Shown here: in pieces, positions 1 through 12,443 of the stretch
Position numbering within the stretch: position 1 is the first letter of the stretch
Layout of the letters: the number at the start of each line of letters is the position of its first letter
Assembly: GCF_006345805.1 (NCBI RefSeq)
Contig: NC_043014.1
Coordinates: forward strand, 33,480,001 to 33,544,000
Origin: Octopus sinensis
Taxonomy: Eukaryota
Reading direction: 5' to 3'
Length of the DNA stretch: 64,000 nt
Made by a program: the position numbers and the translations under genes
Notes under the pieces: generated by a model
Told to the model about the DNA's origin: nothing
The model's input: only the letters and a program-made list of their open reading frames with translations
Databases searched by the model: none

Positions 1-59
1 AGGCTACGACATCTCCAGTGTTTCTTTGATGGTGAGCAGGTGTAGTCACCTTTGACAGG

Positions 60-490
60 CATACTTTTCCACAACTTGTCTCTTTGACTGAGCTGCAAAC
101 CTGGATTAGGCATAGACCAAAGAGGGGCACTTGGCATCTCAAGTGCTGTCAAGTGCTCACAGCCCTCTGCCTGGTGGGCAATGTGGTTGATAGTGGTGCC
201 ACTCTATCGTTCTATAGAGCGCTAGTGGAGGGAAAGTGGGTGTTGATGAAAATCAACTAACCAGTCCGTTTTAGAGAACTTTTGGGCCTGGGCTTATGGG
301 AAACTTCAAGAAATCCCTTGCCTGGCAGTGCTACAAGGGGAGCTGCCTGTTTGGGATAAACTTTATAGGCACGGAAGTGCCGTCAGCCAGGCCTGCCCAA
401 GGTGTGCCCAGAACAATGAAACCATTCTGCACACTCTAGTCCAGTGCCTGAGAATTGCTGACCTGTGGGTTTATGTCGAATCTGGCTGAA
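60..490 (+). mobile_element. L1/Tx1-type non-LTR retrotransposon ORF2 C-terminal remnant
   Basis: GELPVWDKLYRHGSAVSQACPRCAQNNETILHTLVQCLRIADLW, a zf-RVT-like CxxC..ETxxH..C motif. Confidence 0.7.
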
Positions 491-861
491 GGGCATAGGC
501 CAAGATAATAGTCACCAATCCATGTTAGCACTAGTCTAAGCAAGGTTGCCAGACTCTGGCAACCTTGATTACCATTGATTATCAACCCATTTCTCCTTTA
601 TAGGGGTTGATAATAACAACAAGAACAGCAACAAAAACTACAATAATAATGGTTTCAAATCTTGACACAAGGCCAGCAATATGGGGGAGAGGGTAAGTCG
701 AGAAAACAAGTACCCAAGTGATTTTGGTGGAATTTGAACTCAGAATGTTAAGACAGACAAAATGCTGTTAAACATTTTGCCCAGTGTGCTGACAGTTCTG
801 TCAGCTCACTGCCTTAACAACTATGATAAAATGAAAAGCATTTTGTGACTGTGAAACTTAC

Positions 862-1014
862 ATCTTCTCGAAGCTCTCGTCCTCGTTGTTTCATTAAGCT
901 GGTTAACATGACACAGGAACCGGAAGAACTGTGAGCCATGTTGTCTACCAAGCCTTCTTCTAAAACACTCAAGAAGGACATCAGTTGTGTTTTGGGAAGC
1001 TTTTTGGCTACGAC
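862..1014 (-). CDS. MROH1: MROH1 exon E27 (153 nt; gene continues beyond window start)
   Basis: ttacag|GTC...GAT|gtaagt; VVAKKLPKTQLMSFLSVLEEGLVDNMAHSSSGSCVMLTSLMKQRGRELRED. Confidence 0.92.
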
Positions 1015-2203
1015 CTGTAACACCAAAATAAGTAATAATGTACAATTGAATGAAGAAATGCAAAAAGGTAATAAATAATATCTTCAGACACAGTTACACT
1101 GTTGGTACAATAAATTGGTATGGACCCTAATATGTTACTGGTATTTATTTATAAGACAGTAAGAATGCATACCCACACATCACCAGAAAAAAAATTAAAT
1201 TTGTACAACACACTACCTCATACACATATAAACCAGATCGATGCAGGCATAGGACACTAATTCACACTTCAACAAAAACAGATGCATACAGATAATTTTT
1301 AATTGATAAAATAATTTTACAAATGTAGGAACTGTATCAAGAAGTTTTTTTTAAATTCTTAAATGTGTGCATGTATGCACATGTGTGTGTATTTATTTAC
1401 AAGACAGCATGAATGCTTGCACACACACACATAACCAAGGAAAAAAGAAACTGTATATCCTACCAAACATATAAACACACTCATAGATATCTGCTCATGC
1501 TACACAATTGCCCATACCTCAATAAAAATGTCATCATTTAACATCCATTTTCAATGTTGGCATGGGTTGGGCAGTTTGACAGGAGCTGGCCGGTTAGAGA
1601 GCTATCTAGGCTCCAATTATGTCTTTTGGCATAGTTTCTATGACTGGACGCCCTTCCTAATGCCAGCATGAACATAGATTTTTTTTAGTGAATTATTAAT
1701 GTGAAATTTATTTTTCAAATACTGTGATTGCATCGAGAACATTTTCTTGAATGTGTAAATACACATACATATCATCGTTTAACATCCATCTTCCATTCTG
1801 CTATGTGTTGGATGGTTTGACAGGATACAATGAACCAGAAGACTGCTTGAAGCACCAATGTCTGTTTTGGCATGGTTTTTTTTTTTTTTGGCTAGATCCC
1901 TTTCCTAAAGCAAACCACTTTACAGAGTGTACTGGGTGCTCATTTCGTGATACTGGCACAAGCGGATTCACAAAGTAGCTTGCTAGACAAAGGAAAAGAA
2001 GAAGCTCCCTAAACTGAGTGGTGTTGTAGTAGATGGGGAAATGGTTTTATGCCAAATGTTGAGAGACTAAAATATGAGAGAGACAGGCTTGGAAAACAGG
2101 TAAGGTTTGGCAAAAGGAAGAGCATCTGTCAAATGTTGCTTTAAATATCTCTTCTTTCAATGCAAGCAAGTATGAAAAATATGGATGAATAAACAAATCC
2201 TCA

Positions 2204-2640
2204 TCATCCTCATCATCATTTAACGTCCGTTTTCCATGCTAGCATGGGTTGGCCAGTTCGACCAGGGTCTGAGAAGCCATGGAGGCTGCACCAGGTTCTG
2301 GTCTGATTTGGCAGTGTTTCTACAGCTGGATGCCCTTCCTAACGCCAACCACTCCGTTAGTGTAGTGGGTGTTTTTTACATGCCACCAGCAGGGGCCAGA
2401 GCAGGCTGGCAAATGGCCACGATTGGTTAGTACTTTTACATGTCACTGACATGGACGCCAGTCAGGTGGCGCTGGCATCTGCCACGTTCAGACGGTGCTT
2501 TTTACGTGTCACCAGCATGGGTGTCTTAACTACAATTTCCATTTGATTTTTATCTGGCATCTGCCACATTCGGACAGTGCTTTTTATGTGTCACCGGCAT
2601 GGGTGTCTTAACTACAATTTCCATTTGATTTTTATTTTGA
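2204..2640 (-). mobile_element. LINE(RTE)-related 3'-end repeat with (GAT)n tail (family E)
   Basis: Same sequence recurs at about 1530, 1770, 30062, 30255, 36521, 51117, 51740 and 61877. This copy has an internal ~80-bp tandem duplication (2473-2634). Confidence 0.75.
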
Positions 2641-2950
2641 TGTTGACATACTTAACTCAATAGGTTTCCTCAAGAACAGCAGGTCACTCTATGATCCAAG
2701 GTTAACACAGCAGGCCGTCCTGCGAGCCATTAACCAACTTCATTTGTCAGGTCTTCACAGTCATGCACACACATATAAAGTCTTCTATGGGTAGAGAAAT
2801 GTAGAAAGTCGCAGCGTACTTTAGAAACCCACTACATCTACTACAAGAACACAAACTCACATGAAATCACACGTTCAGACACACTTGAACATTACCAGAC
2901 TTATATAAACACACATCCAAACAAAAGTAAAAATATCGCAAGTATCTTAC

Positions 2951-3060
2951 TTTAGAGATGTCAACTGCCACTACAAACAGCACATTGGTGTCAGATTTCT
3001 CAATCCTTTCATTCAAGGTCTGGAATCCATTTAACATCACATCATTGTTTGGATTTTCAC
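2951..3060 (-). CDS. MROH1: MROH1 exon E26 (110 nt)
   Basis: tctcag|GT...AAA|gtaaga; GENPNNDVMLNGFQTLNERIEKSDTNVLFVVAVDISK. Confidence 0.92.
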
Positions 3061-4197
3061 CTGAGATATAAAAAAAAAAGCAACAAAACACCTAAGTTCA
3101 ATAAATTCTGTGTTAAGATGGTGAGAGGAACAGATAATTCAGTAATTTTCAAAACTGCACCTCATAGCTTAGTTGAAGACATGTAGACTGGTGAAATAGA
3201 GAAGATGGAAGATATGTATTGTTGTATCTCTTCCAGCCCATTGCGTTCTGATGGCAATGCCGGTGATGGTGGGGAGGTGTTGAACTGTAGCGAACCCTTA
3301 CTTTTTCCTTGTAAAAACACCAGTGGCATCGAGAGGAGAGACTTGCATGTATATTTTTTTATCTTTTTACTTGTATTAGTCATTGGGCTAAGGCCATGCT
3401 GGAGCACCACCTTAAAGGGTCTAGTTGAAATTATTGACTCCAATGCTTACTTCATATATGATACGTATTCTATGACTCTTTTTTTCTGAAATTCTAAGTT
3501 ACAGGAATGTAAACAAACCAACACCAGTTATCAAGCAGTAGGGAGGAGACAAACACAACACATACACAATGGGCTTCCTCATAGCTTCCATCTACCAAAT
3601 TCACTTATTCCCTTACAATGCATTGGTCAACCTGTGATTTTAGAGGACACTAGCTCAAGGTATCACACAGCAGGACTGAACCCAAATCCATGTGATTGCC
3701 AAGTAAACTTCTTAACCATACAACCATGCCTGCATCTTGCATATTTTCCATAAAAAACTGACATGGCCAGGAGAGGACCTTACTAGGTGCAGATGTATAG
3801 TCCCTTGAGAAATTCAGAATATAAGACCACAACTCTACAGCAGAAAGACTGATGTCATCTAAAATCAACCACCACATCCCCTCACAGAGAAATTACAATC
3901 AGCTCCAAAATTTTCTTCTGTTGAGGGACTGATTTCTTCATTCAGTCAATACAATTCTTCAGAAGGCACAGAATTCTTTAGAAGGCACAGGCTGTGTGGT
4001 AAGAAGTTTGTTTCCAAACCATATGGTTTCAAGTTCAGTCCCACAGTTTAGTCCCACTGTGTGGCACCTTGGGTAAGTATCTTCTACTACAGCCTTGGGT
4101 TAACCAAAGCCTTCTTGTGAGTGGATCTGGTGCAGACAGTAACTGAAAGAAACCAGTTGTATATGTGTGTGTATATATATAAATACACACACACACA

Positions 4198-5051
4198 CAG
4201 GGTGTGATGGGTAAAGTGTTGCCATCTTATATTTTTAATTTTGTACATGCACATTGTTTCTGATTTTTGTGATTTTGTCGACTACACAGTATAGTAGGAT
4301 CAGTTGGGTACCATGACACAATTCACTCTGCCAGAAATTTGGAAACGACATGTTGTACTGCTTGGCATTCGTGCCAGAAGCTTCAATACAAACATTTCAG
4401 AGTCTTTGGGTGTCAATCTGAGGACAGTGCAGAGGATTTGGAAAGAGATGGTTGAGTCTAATGGTGATTATGAATGTATGGCACCTTGGAAAACACACTC
4501 TGATTATTCTGTTAGAAAAGAACTCCTGAATGGGTTGGTGAGATCCAGGCAATGAATGACAACAATCCCTCCATGTCAATCATGGAAAACCCTATGTCTG
4601 CTGGAAAACCCTATGTCTGGCAACAGGTCTCTACACCATGCCACACAAGCAGGAGAACCCAGCCATGACTGTCGGACAATTTCTGTAATCACATCACCCC
4701 TAACACCTGGCCACTTGACTCCCCAGACTGCAAACCCCTTGATTATTATGTGTGGGGCACAGCTGAGCAAGAGACCAATGAAACTTCTTGTAACACCAAC
4801 GATGAACTGAAGGCAAGGATTATGGCAGCATTCACCAACTTAAACAAGGAGACCATCCAGAAGAGATACAGGAGATTCCAAAGTCATCTGGAGGGCGTGG
4901 TTGAAGCCAATGGAGATTTTATTGAATAAATTTACTCTTTAGTATTCAAGAAATTTTTATGCAATTTTGGTAAATATATCTGTTAAAATGAGATGGCAGT
5001 ATTATTTTTATTTTTACATAATTTAGACGACAATTTATTCTCCACACCCTG
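4198..5051 (+). mobile_element. Tc1/mariner (maT/DD37D-like) internally deleted transposon
   Basis: Termini CAGGGTGTG...CACACCCTG|TA; HTH remnant (LGVNLRTVQRIWK); C-terminus WPLDSPDCKPLDYYVWG...GVVEANGDFIE*. Splits a family B SINE. Confidence 0.8.
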
Positions 5052-5398
5052 TATATGTGTGTGTGTGTGTGTGTGTCTTTGTATTTGTGTTTGTCCTCTC
5101 ATCACTGCTTGATAGCCAGTGATGGTATGTTTGTGTTCAATTGGCTTGGCAGTTTGGCAAAGAGACCAAGAGAATAAGAACTAGGCTTAAAATTAAGTCC
5201 TGGGGTTGAATTGTTCAACAAACACACTTCAAGGCAGTGTTCCAGCATGGCCACAGTCAAATGACTGAAACAAGAAAAAAGAAAAAAAAACATGCAAAAA
5301 TGAAAAGAAAAAAGACTATTTAAAAAAAACCCCAGGGGTAACGAAATAAATAAAAATATGAAAGTAAACAAAAATGAAATAAAAAGATAAGAACTGAC

Positions 5399-5528
5399 CT
5401 TCCATAATCATAGCACTCTCAAGGATCGTGTGGACGCAATTCAGAGATAATTTACGGACTTTGATGACAGGGTCAGAACAACGAGGTATCAAATTGGCTA
5501 AGAAAAGCCCGATGTTAGAAAAGTCAGA
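5399..5528 (-). CDS. MROH1: MROH1 exon E25 (130 nt)
   Basis: attgcag|TCT...G|gtcagt; SDFSNIGLFLANLIPRCSDPVIKVRKLSLNCVHTILESAMIME. Confidence 0.93.
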
Positions 5529-5800
5529 CTGCAATTAAGAAAATAGAGATGTCTGGTTAATTAAGTAATATTACATATATGCAGTGATGACGATGATGGT
5601 TTCAAATTTTGGCACAAAGTCAGCAATTAGGTGGAAGGGGATAAGTTGATTACACTGATCGCCAGTACTTGATTGGTTCTTATTTTATTGACCCTGGAAG
5701 GATGAAAGGCAAAGTCAACCTTGGCAGAATTTGAACTCAGGATGTACAGATGGATGAAATGCTGCTAAACATTTTGCCCCCAGTGCTACCAATTCTGCCA

Positions 5801-5838
<38 letters not shown>

Positions 5839-6214
5839 GATGATGATGATGATCCTTTCTGCTATAGGCACAAGACCTGAAATTGGGGGAGGGGGTTAAT
5901 CAATTACATTGACCCCAGTACTCAACTGGTACTTTTTTTGATCAACCCAAAAGGATGAAAGGCAAAGTTGACCTTGGTGGAATTTGAATCCTTATGAACC
6001 AATAAGAAAATATGAATGTGGTCATTTAAGTTGTTAGAAATAGCAGTCAAATTTTCTCAAATGACACCCAAATATCTTAAAGGAAAAAAAAAAACAGAAA
6101 GAACAGCTTGCATACATATACAAAAATTTGTGATGACCATAGCTTTGGAATATCTTTGATATGCTCAATCATGGCTGATTGGGAACTAAACAGCAACAAC
6201 ATCATATTCCTTAA

Positions 6215-6432
6215 CCCTTTAGTGTTCAGATTTCTCTGTCAAATATAATGCTTATTTATTCACATCGCTTTGAATCAATCATTATCATGAAGCTTTGAGA
6301 TTTCAATGAGGTGATTGTTTATTTTTATAATGACATTGTAGGGTAGGTGTGAGAGGCCAGATCTCGTCAGTTTGGACATAAAATAGGTTGAATATTTGGG
6401 TCAGCTATGGCTGGTTTAATAATACTAAAGGG
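6215..6432. mobile_element. TTAA-flanked piggyBac-type MITE
   Basis: TTAA|CCCTTTAG ... CTAAAGGG|TTAG; related copies at 6944-7409, about 38040-38242 and 59358-59549. Confidence 0.7.
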
Positions 6433-6943
6433 TTAGTCTATTTTTACACCATTTCTGACATGAATGGTGACTTGGTAGAGCAGATATATTGTTGGTTAGA
6501 ATGTTGCTCATCAACTCTGCCTTTCATGTGTTCTGGATTAACACAAAGAGTATCAATCCAGAACCACGGACTGGTGAGTATCAGACCAGATGCCTTGTGG
6601 TAATTGCTCTGGATCTTTGTAGTCTGAGTTCAAATTCCACCATGGCATATTCAGGCAATAATTTTAACCCACTGCCCAGTTTAACACCACCGCCTGGTAC
6701 TTTGGGTACCTCGTGGAGACTCCACTCTGTTGCAAGCACTCAGATCAGATCTCGTACCTGAGGACACTGTCCTTCCTCTCTGTCTCTTTCCTAATAGTTT
6801 CAGAAGGTCCTATATTGAGTGTAACAAAGCTTGTTTTATTCAAGAGAGAATGCAATGTTAGTGCCCAGGACATGGCAACTTCATTCCCTCTTGGTTAAAA
6901 GATAATAAGAAAATACAAGCTTTGTTGCAGCCAACAAATTTAA

Positions 6944-7409
6944 CCCTTTAGCATTCAGGTTACTCTGTCAAATGTAATGCTTATTTATTCATATATTTTG
7001 AATTGATAAGGCAGTGAGCTGGCAGAAACATTAGCACGCCGGACGAAATGCTTAGCAGTATTTCATCTGCCGCTACGTTCTGAGTTCAAATTCTGCTGAG
7101 GTCGACTTTGCCTTTCATCCTTTCAGGGTCAATAAATTAAGTACCAGTTACACACTGGGATCGATATAATCAACTTAATCCGTTTGTCTGTACTTGTTTG
7201 TCCCGTCTATGTTTAGCCCCTTGTGGGCAATAAAGAAATAATAATATTTTGAAATGATCATGCATTATCTTGTCACTTCAAAATTTCAATCATGTGATTG
7301 TTTATAATATGACATTGTAGGTTAGGTATGAGAGGCCAGATCTAGTCAGTTTGGACATAAAACAGGGAGAATATTTGGACCAGAAATGGCTGGTTTAAAT
7401 GCTAAAGGG
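6944..7409. mobile_element. TTAA-flanked piggyBac-type MITE interrupted by a family A SINE
   Basis: TTAA|CCCTTTAGCATT ... AATGCTAAAGGG|TTAA; SINE at about 7008-7243 with ~15-bp TSD atattttgaa(t/a)tgat. Confidence 0.75.
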
Positions 7410-7483
7410 TTAAGAGAAGAGAAAGAAGAGAACCTAAACTAATTAAATGAAACCTATTTTTGGTGTCTTATAGGAAAACTCAC

Positions 7484-7594
7484 TGTGTTTACTGGATTCA
7501 CATTTTCACGGAAAAATCGAAGTAATAGCAACCAAGTTTCCAAAACTCTTTCTCTGTGGAAGTCACTTGAAGAGGATAACCATATTTTGAGGTG
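7484..7594 (-). CDS. MROH1: MROH1 exon E24 (111 nt)
   Basis: ttttcag|CAC...ACA|gtgagt; HLKIWLSSSSDFHRERVLETWLLLLRFFRENVNPVNT. Confidence 0.9.
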
Positions 7595-8307
7595 CTGAAA
7601 ATAGAGTAACATAGTTTCAAATTAGCAGAGCATTAAAAATTGGAACAACTGTAAAAGTGGTCAGAGAATATAAAGACATTTAACTTTTACTTAATGAAAG
7701 AGAACTTTTGAAGGAAGCTTCACATAGTCATTGAACATAACAGCCAAATCTCTCTCAAATCACACTTTACTGCTTTAAAATAAGGTAAAGACATGTAAGA
7801 TAATGAAGTACTACATTTAGAAGGCTTTTGGTAATTAGATCGCTCAGAGTTCACCTACGGCTAACCCGCAATAATTATGCACCAACCCAATAAAATGAGA
7901 GCGAGAGAGTACCAATATTCTATATCGGTATTCTAGTACATATTTATGGGCCTGTGTTTCTCAGAATAGTCTACAAAGAAACAAAGTCCACAGTTCTGCA
8001 ATATAAAGTGATTTTCAATAAAATTCAATAAAAATATATATTATCAAAAACTTGTGTTCTCTCTTTTCAAAATAAGTAGTTAAATGTTATTTATTTTTTT
8101 ATAAATGGATACACTTGCTCTTCAAAGGAACGTCTGTTTCATAAACTGACAAATTAAATTGAGAGTGGTTGGGTTTGTTAATAAAATATGAGTATGGCTT
8201 TTGCAATTTTTGGAAAATCTTATAAAAGTCTGATAAAAAATCTGAACACCTTCATCATCCCAAACTGTCACCTAAAAAACTTTTTCCCTTATGTTAGAAT
8301 AGTAAAA

Positions 8308-8744
8308 GGTGATCTTACGGTATAAGTACCAGTGTACTTCCGGAAGTACTACATACATTTCAAAACAGTGTTTTTTTTTATATATATATGGGGGGTAAGG
8401 GTTAGGGGTGGGAGAAAAGGGTTTCTGTTATCTTCAGAAATGTAAACGAAGTCACGTGTGTACCTATACTGAAGCATTGCCACATACCGTAACCTTAACA
8501 CAAACCCTAACCCAAACACAAACGCTAACCCTAACACAAACCCTAACCCTAACGCTAACCCTAACCCTAACACAAACCCTAACACAAACCCTAACCCTAA
8601 CGCTAACCCTAATACAAACCCTAACCCTAACCCTAACACAAACCCTAACGCTAACCCTAACACCCCATGTATAAAAAAAAACACTTTTTTGAAATGTATC
8701 CAGTACTTCCGGAAGTACACCGGTACTTATACCATAAGATCGCC
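8308..8744. mobile_element. MITE with ~100-bp TIRs, 8-bp TSD and internal telomere-like array (Merlin-like)
   Basis: TSD TAGTAAAA at 8300-8307 and 8745-8752; termini GGTGATC and GATCGCC; (TAACCC)-variant array at about 8490-8665. Confidence 0.8.
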
Positions 8745-8786
8745 TAGTAAAATGTACAAAAGTAGTGGAATATGAGAAATATTTAC

Positions 8787-9024
8787 CTTAAATATACTTT
8801 CAAGTCCATTTGGAGTGAGATCTTTGCGAAGTATCTCCCTCAATAGAGTGTTTAAAGCGTTGATGGCATCCTTAAGATGTTCTCCAGCTTCAACAACTTC
8901 CTCGTATGTCTCTTCCTTGCCCTTCTTTGGTGCACAGCCATCAAGGGGTAGAGAAAGAACATTGGTGGTCGCCGACTCTACGAGATCTTCGACTTCCTTT
9001 TCATTTAGTTTCGGGTCCAGTTGA
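8787..9024 (-). CDS. MROH1: MROH1 exon E23 (238 nt)
   Basis: ttataag|T CAA...AAG|gtaaat; (V)QLDPKLNEKEVEDLVESATTNVLSLPLD...LLREILRKDLTPNGLESIFK. Confidence 0.92.
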
Positions 9025-9300
9025 CTTATAAATAAAAGAATCTGGGTCAAGGAAGACAACTCATACATGTTTCATCGTTTTTACGTTGGTGTATATGTGT
9101 GTACATCAATATGCTCGTGTGAATACACGTGTTAGCAAGTGCATGCATATCTGATTGAGTGATAGTGTGTTTATTTTGCCAGAGACGGAGAGTAGCATGT
9201 ATGCATGTGTTTGTGCATGAGTTTTGTGTCCCTGCATGTGTATATTCATACACAACTCTCTCTCTCTCTCTCTCTCTCTATGTATATATATATATATATA

Positions 9301-9580
9301 TATAATAATAATAATATGAGGGAATATTATTCCAAACTTACAGGGAAAAATTCAATTTAGAAATACTAAATCAAATTTCACAAAATATAATATATATATA
9401 AATTAGAAAAAACCCACCTTTTATCAATTCAATAATTTAACATTACTTAATCATTGTTATATGTTTTATCTTATATTTAATCTTTCTATAATATGTAATT
9501 TTTCTAAATGGCATAATTTAATTTTTCATTATTGAATTGATAAAAGGTGTTGTTTTTTTAATTTATATATATATACATAT
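9301..9580. mobile_element. Penelope-like fold-back element (head + inverted arms) in a (TA)n tract
   Basis: 9400-9440 is inverted at about 9528-9575; head 9301-9400 is homologous to the reverse complement of 50316-50400. Confidence 0.6.
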
Positions 9581-9595
9581 ATATATATAATATAT

Positions 9596-9670
<75 letters not shown>

Positions 9671-9672
9671 AA

Positions 9673-9900
9673 TTTTTTTATTAAAGCTGCAAAATCATCA
9701 CAGGAAACTGTGACACAGAATTTCACATTCTCGTTCGATGGACAGATGTGATCAAGACTATCTGATGAACAGGAATGTGAAACTGAGTCACAGTTTTTTT
9801 GTGATGCTTTTGCAGCTTTAATAAAAAGGCAAATAGCTCTACCTTCAGTATTCAAGTACAATTTTTTTCCACCTTGTTTTGCATTTATGTGCTTACACTT
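9673..9900. mobile_element. Penelope-like fold-back element carrying a hammerhead ribozyme
   Basis: Imperfect inverted arms 9675-9745 and 9757-9827; 9783-9900 is homologous to the reverse complement of 52490-52595. Confidence 0.7.
9757..9794 (+). ncRNA. Type I minimal hammerhead ribozyme motif, complete core
   Basis: actat-CTGATGA-ACA GGAA TGT-GAAA-CTGA-GTC-acagt: full catalytic core, 3-bp helix II with GGAA loop, quasi-palindromic helix III, GUC site, helix I with 4 of 5 pairs. Confidence 0.7.
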
Positions 9901-10229
9901 GTGTATGTATGTATATCGAAGGAAACACCCATATTTAAATCAGAAGAACTGATTTTTAAATACAAACCATATAATTGAAACAGAATATATACAGCATACA
10001 TGAAATCTCCCTTAATAAAAGTTTTATTAATTTAATAACAAATCTTAATGGAAAACTTTTGTTGTACCCTTGCTTGAAATCTGGTGGCCTTGGGTATGGC
10101 AACAACCACCATAAGTCACTGGCCAGAATATATATTGGCCAGAATATATATTAGAAAGAAAACAGTGTAAGATTGATTTAATTTTTTTGCACCTTTAATG
10201 TTTCTAATTAGAGCAGAGTGTCTGCATTC

Positions 10230-10463
10230 AAAGGCGGCGAGCTGGCAGAAACGTTAGCACGCCGGGCGAAATGCTTAGCAGTATTTCATTTGCCATTACG
10301 TTCTGAGTTCAAATTCTGCCGAGGTCAACTTTGCCTTTCATCCTTTCGGGGTCGATAAATTAAGTACCAGTTATGCACTGGGGTCGATGTAATCGACTTA
10401 ATCCCTTTGTCTGTCCTTGTTTGTCCCATCTATGTTTAGCCCATTGTGGACAATAAAGAAATA
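10230..10463 (+). mobile_element. tRNA-derived SINE family A, full length
   Basis: B-box-like GAGTTCAAATTC; 16-bp TSD AGAGTGTCTGCATTCA (10214-10229 and 10464-10479); over 15 copies or fragments in the window (e.g. 7008, 21647, 31227, 46517, 60727). Confidence 0.85.
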
Positions 10464-10844
10464 AGAGTGTCTGCATTCATGGCCTTTTTTCACACCAATA
10501 TATGCGACCACATTTCTTAAATCTCATATAACATCTCAGTATTAAGGACATAGGATTAGAGTGGCAAAAATGATAACATGATAGACTGAATATCTTGTAG
10601 TATTTAGCTACATCATTTCCAATTTTGTGTTATGAAATCATCAGGGTTATCTATATATTTCATCTGATTAGATTTGATAAAATAAATATTAGTAATACAC
10701 TGGGATTAATTCTATAGATAACATACCCTTGATTATGTTAGTAGGTAGTTCTGTCTTGTAAGGGGAATCATCTGACATGAATAATCAACTACGTATAACT
10801 TCTGATGCATCCAGCAATTAATTGTTTTTTTATGTTTTTATCTT

Positions 10845-11080
10845 TCGTTTTTGGATTTGGTTTGCAAGATTCTTTATAGGAGTTCGTGTGCTGAAGCATA
10901 TTCTGTTGTGTCTAGGGAGAGTCATTTTCATAGTCAAAAACTATTCAAAAGGTTGCAAGACACAACGTAAATTTTAGGAAAATAAAAATAAGAAAAAAGT
11001 GGAAATTTTACTGGTGAGTGTGTTACATTATAAGGCACAAAAAGAAAATGACTCTCCCCAGACACAACAGAATATGTTTT
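10845..11080. mobile_element. Fold-back element, TTTTGGATTTGG family, copy 1
   Basis: catattctgttgtgtctagggagagtcattttc is inverted at about 11044-11076; same family at 34345 and 44955. Confidence 0.65.
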
Positions 11081-11733
11081 TATCATTTACTTGTTTCAGA
11101 CATTGGACTGTGGCCATGCTGGGGCACCACCTTGAAGCGTTTAGCCAACAAACTTACCCCCGCACTAGGACTTAGTTTTAAGTTTCGAAATTATTCTAGC
11201 AGTTTCTTTCGCTGAACTGCTAAGTTAGGAAAAGATTAACAAACCAACACCTATTTGTGAAGCATGCATGTGCAAGAAACACACACATGCATACACATAC
11301 GAGAGGCTTCCACTAGGTTTCTATCCACCAAATTCACTCACAAGGCACTGGTTGGTCTGGGGTTATAGTATATACCAGAAGGCACTTGCCCAAGGAGCTG
11401 TTTAGTGAGACTGAATCCAAAACCAAGACAGCCAGTTATCTTTTATAGTGAATTCATTTCAGCCATCAAAAGTCAGTTTCTTTCGACCATACAATGGCTG
11501 CAGCAGAACTCTAAACGATAGGTTTAACTAGTAGACTGAGCCAACTATTGACCTAGCGATTAGTTATAACTCCATATTGTACTTAAAAAAAAATGGAAAA
11601 AAAAAGAGTGAATGTGTTTACTTGATGTAGGAAACAATTGGTAAGAAGACAAGTGAGTAATTGGTAAATGGAAATTTGAAGGAGGATGAAGACTTTAATT
11701 GAGATATTTGACTCAAAAAAAAAAAAAGGATAC

Positions 11734-11813
11734 ACTAATGTGGTGGCAGCATTCAGTGCAAGAGTTCGAACTTCATTGTTGATGCATTCTTTGCTCTCTC
11801 CTTTTATGTAGAG
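11734..11813 (-). CDS. MROH1: MROH1 exon E22 (80 nt, ends phase 2 at a U12-type donor)
   Basis: tatacag|CTC...TTA GT|gtatcctt; LYIKGESKECINNEVRTLALNAATTL. Confidence 0.9.
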
Positions 11814-11876
11814 CTGTATAAAGACAACAGAATCATCATCATCATCATTAACAACAATACTTAGTAATAGCCTCAA

Positions 11877-12411
11877 TTTATTATTATTATTATTGCTTTT
11901 ATTATCATCATTATAATTATAATAATCATTATCATTGCTCTTATCATTATTATTATTTTTATTATTATTATTGCTCTTATTATTATTATTATTATTATTA
12001 ATATTATTATTGCTCTTCTTCTTATTACTATTATTATTATTGCTCTTATTATCATTATTACTATTATCATTATTATTATCATTATTACTATTATTATTAT
12101 TGCTCTTATTATCATTATTACTATTATTATTATTGCTCTTATTATCATATTACTATTATCATTATTATTATTGCTCTTATCATTATTACTATTATTATTA
12201 TTATTATTATTGCTCTTATTATCATTATTATATTATTATTATTATTATTATTATTGCTCTTATTATCATTATTACTATTATCATTATTATTATTATTATT
12301 GCTCTTATTATCATTATTACTATTATATTATTGCTCTTATTATCATTATTACTATTATCATTATTATTATTGCTCTTATCATTATTATTATTTTTATTAT
12401 TATTATTGCTC

Positions 12412-12443
<32 letters not shown>

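Larger units (their letters stand above)
9025..11733 (-). other. U12-type (minor spliceosome) GT-AG intron between E22 and E23
   Basis: 5' site GTATCCTTTT at 11733; branch motif TTCCTTGAC at 9054-9046; acceptor TAAG at 9025. Confidence 0.88.

Noticed and set aside
8349-8720. Hydrophobic GL/TL-repeat ORFs and a possible true telomere
   Set aside because: The array is a degenerate internal part of a TSD-flanked MITE inside an intron.
9041-9043. Alternative CAG acceptor for the minor intron
   Set aside because: Only about 5 nt from the branch A and it gives an in-frame TAA within five codons.
10600-10650. Possible decayed hammerhead on the minus strand (CTGATGA...GGAAATGATGTAGC)
   Set aside because: Helix II and helix I do not pair well enough to support a call; it may be an old relative of the 50155 motif.
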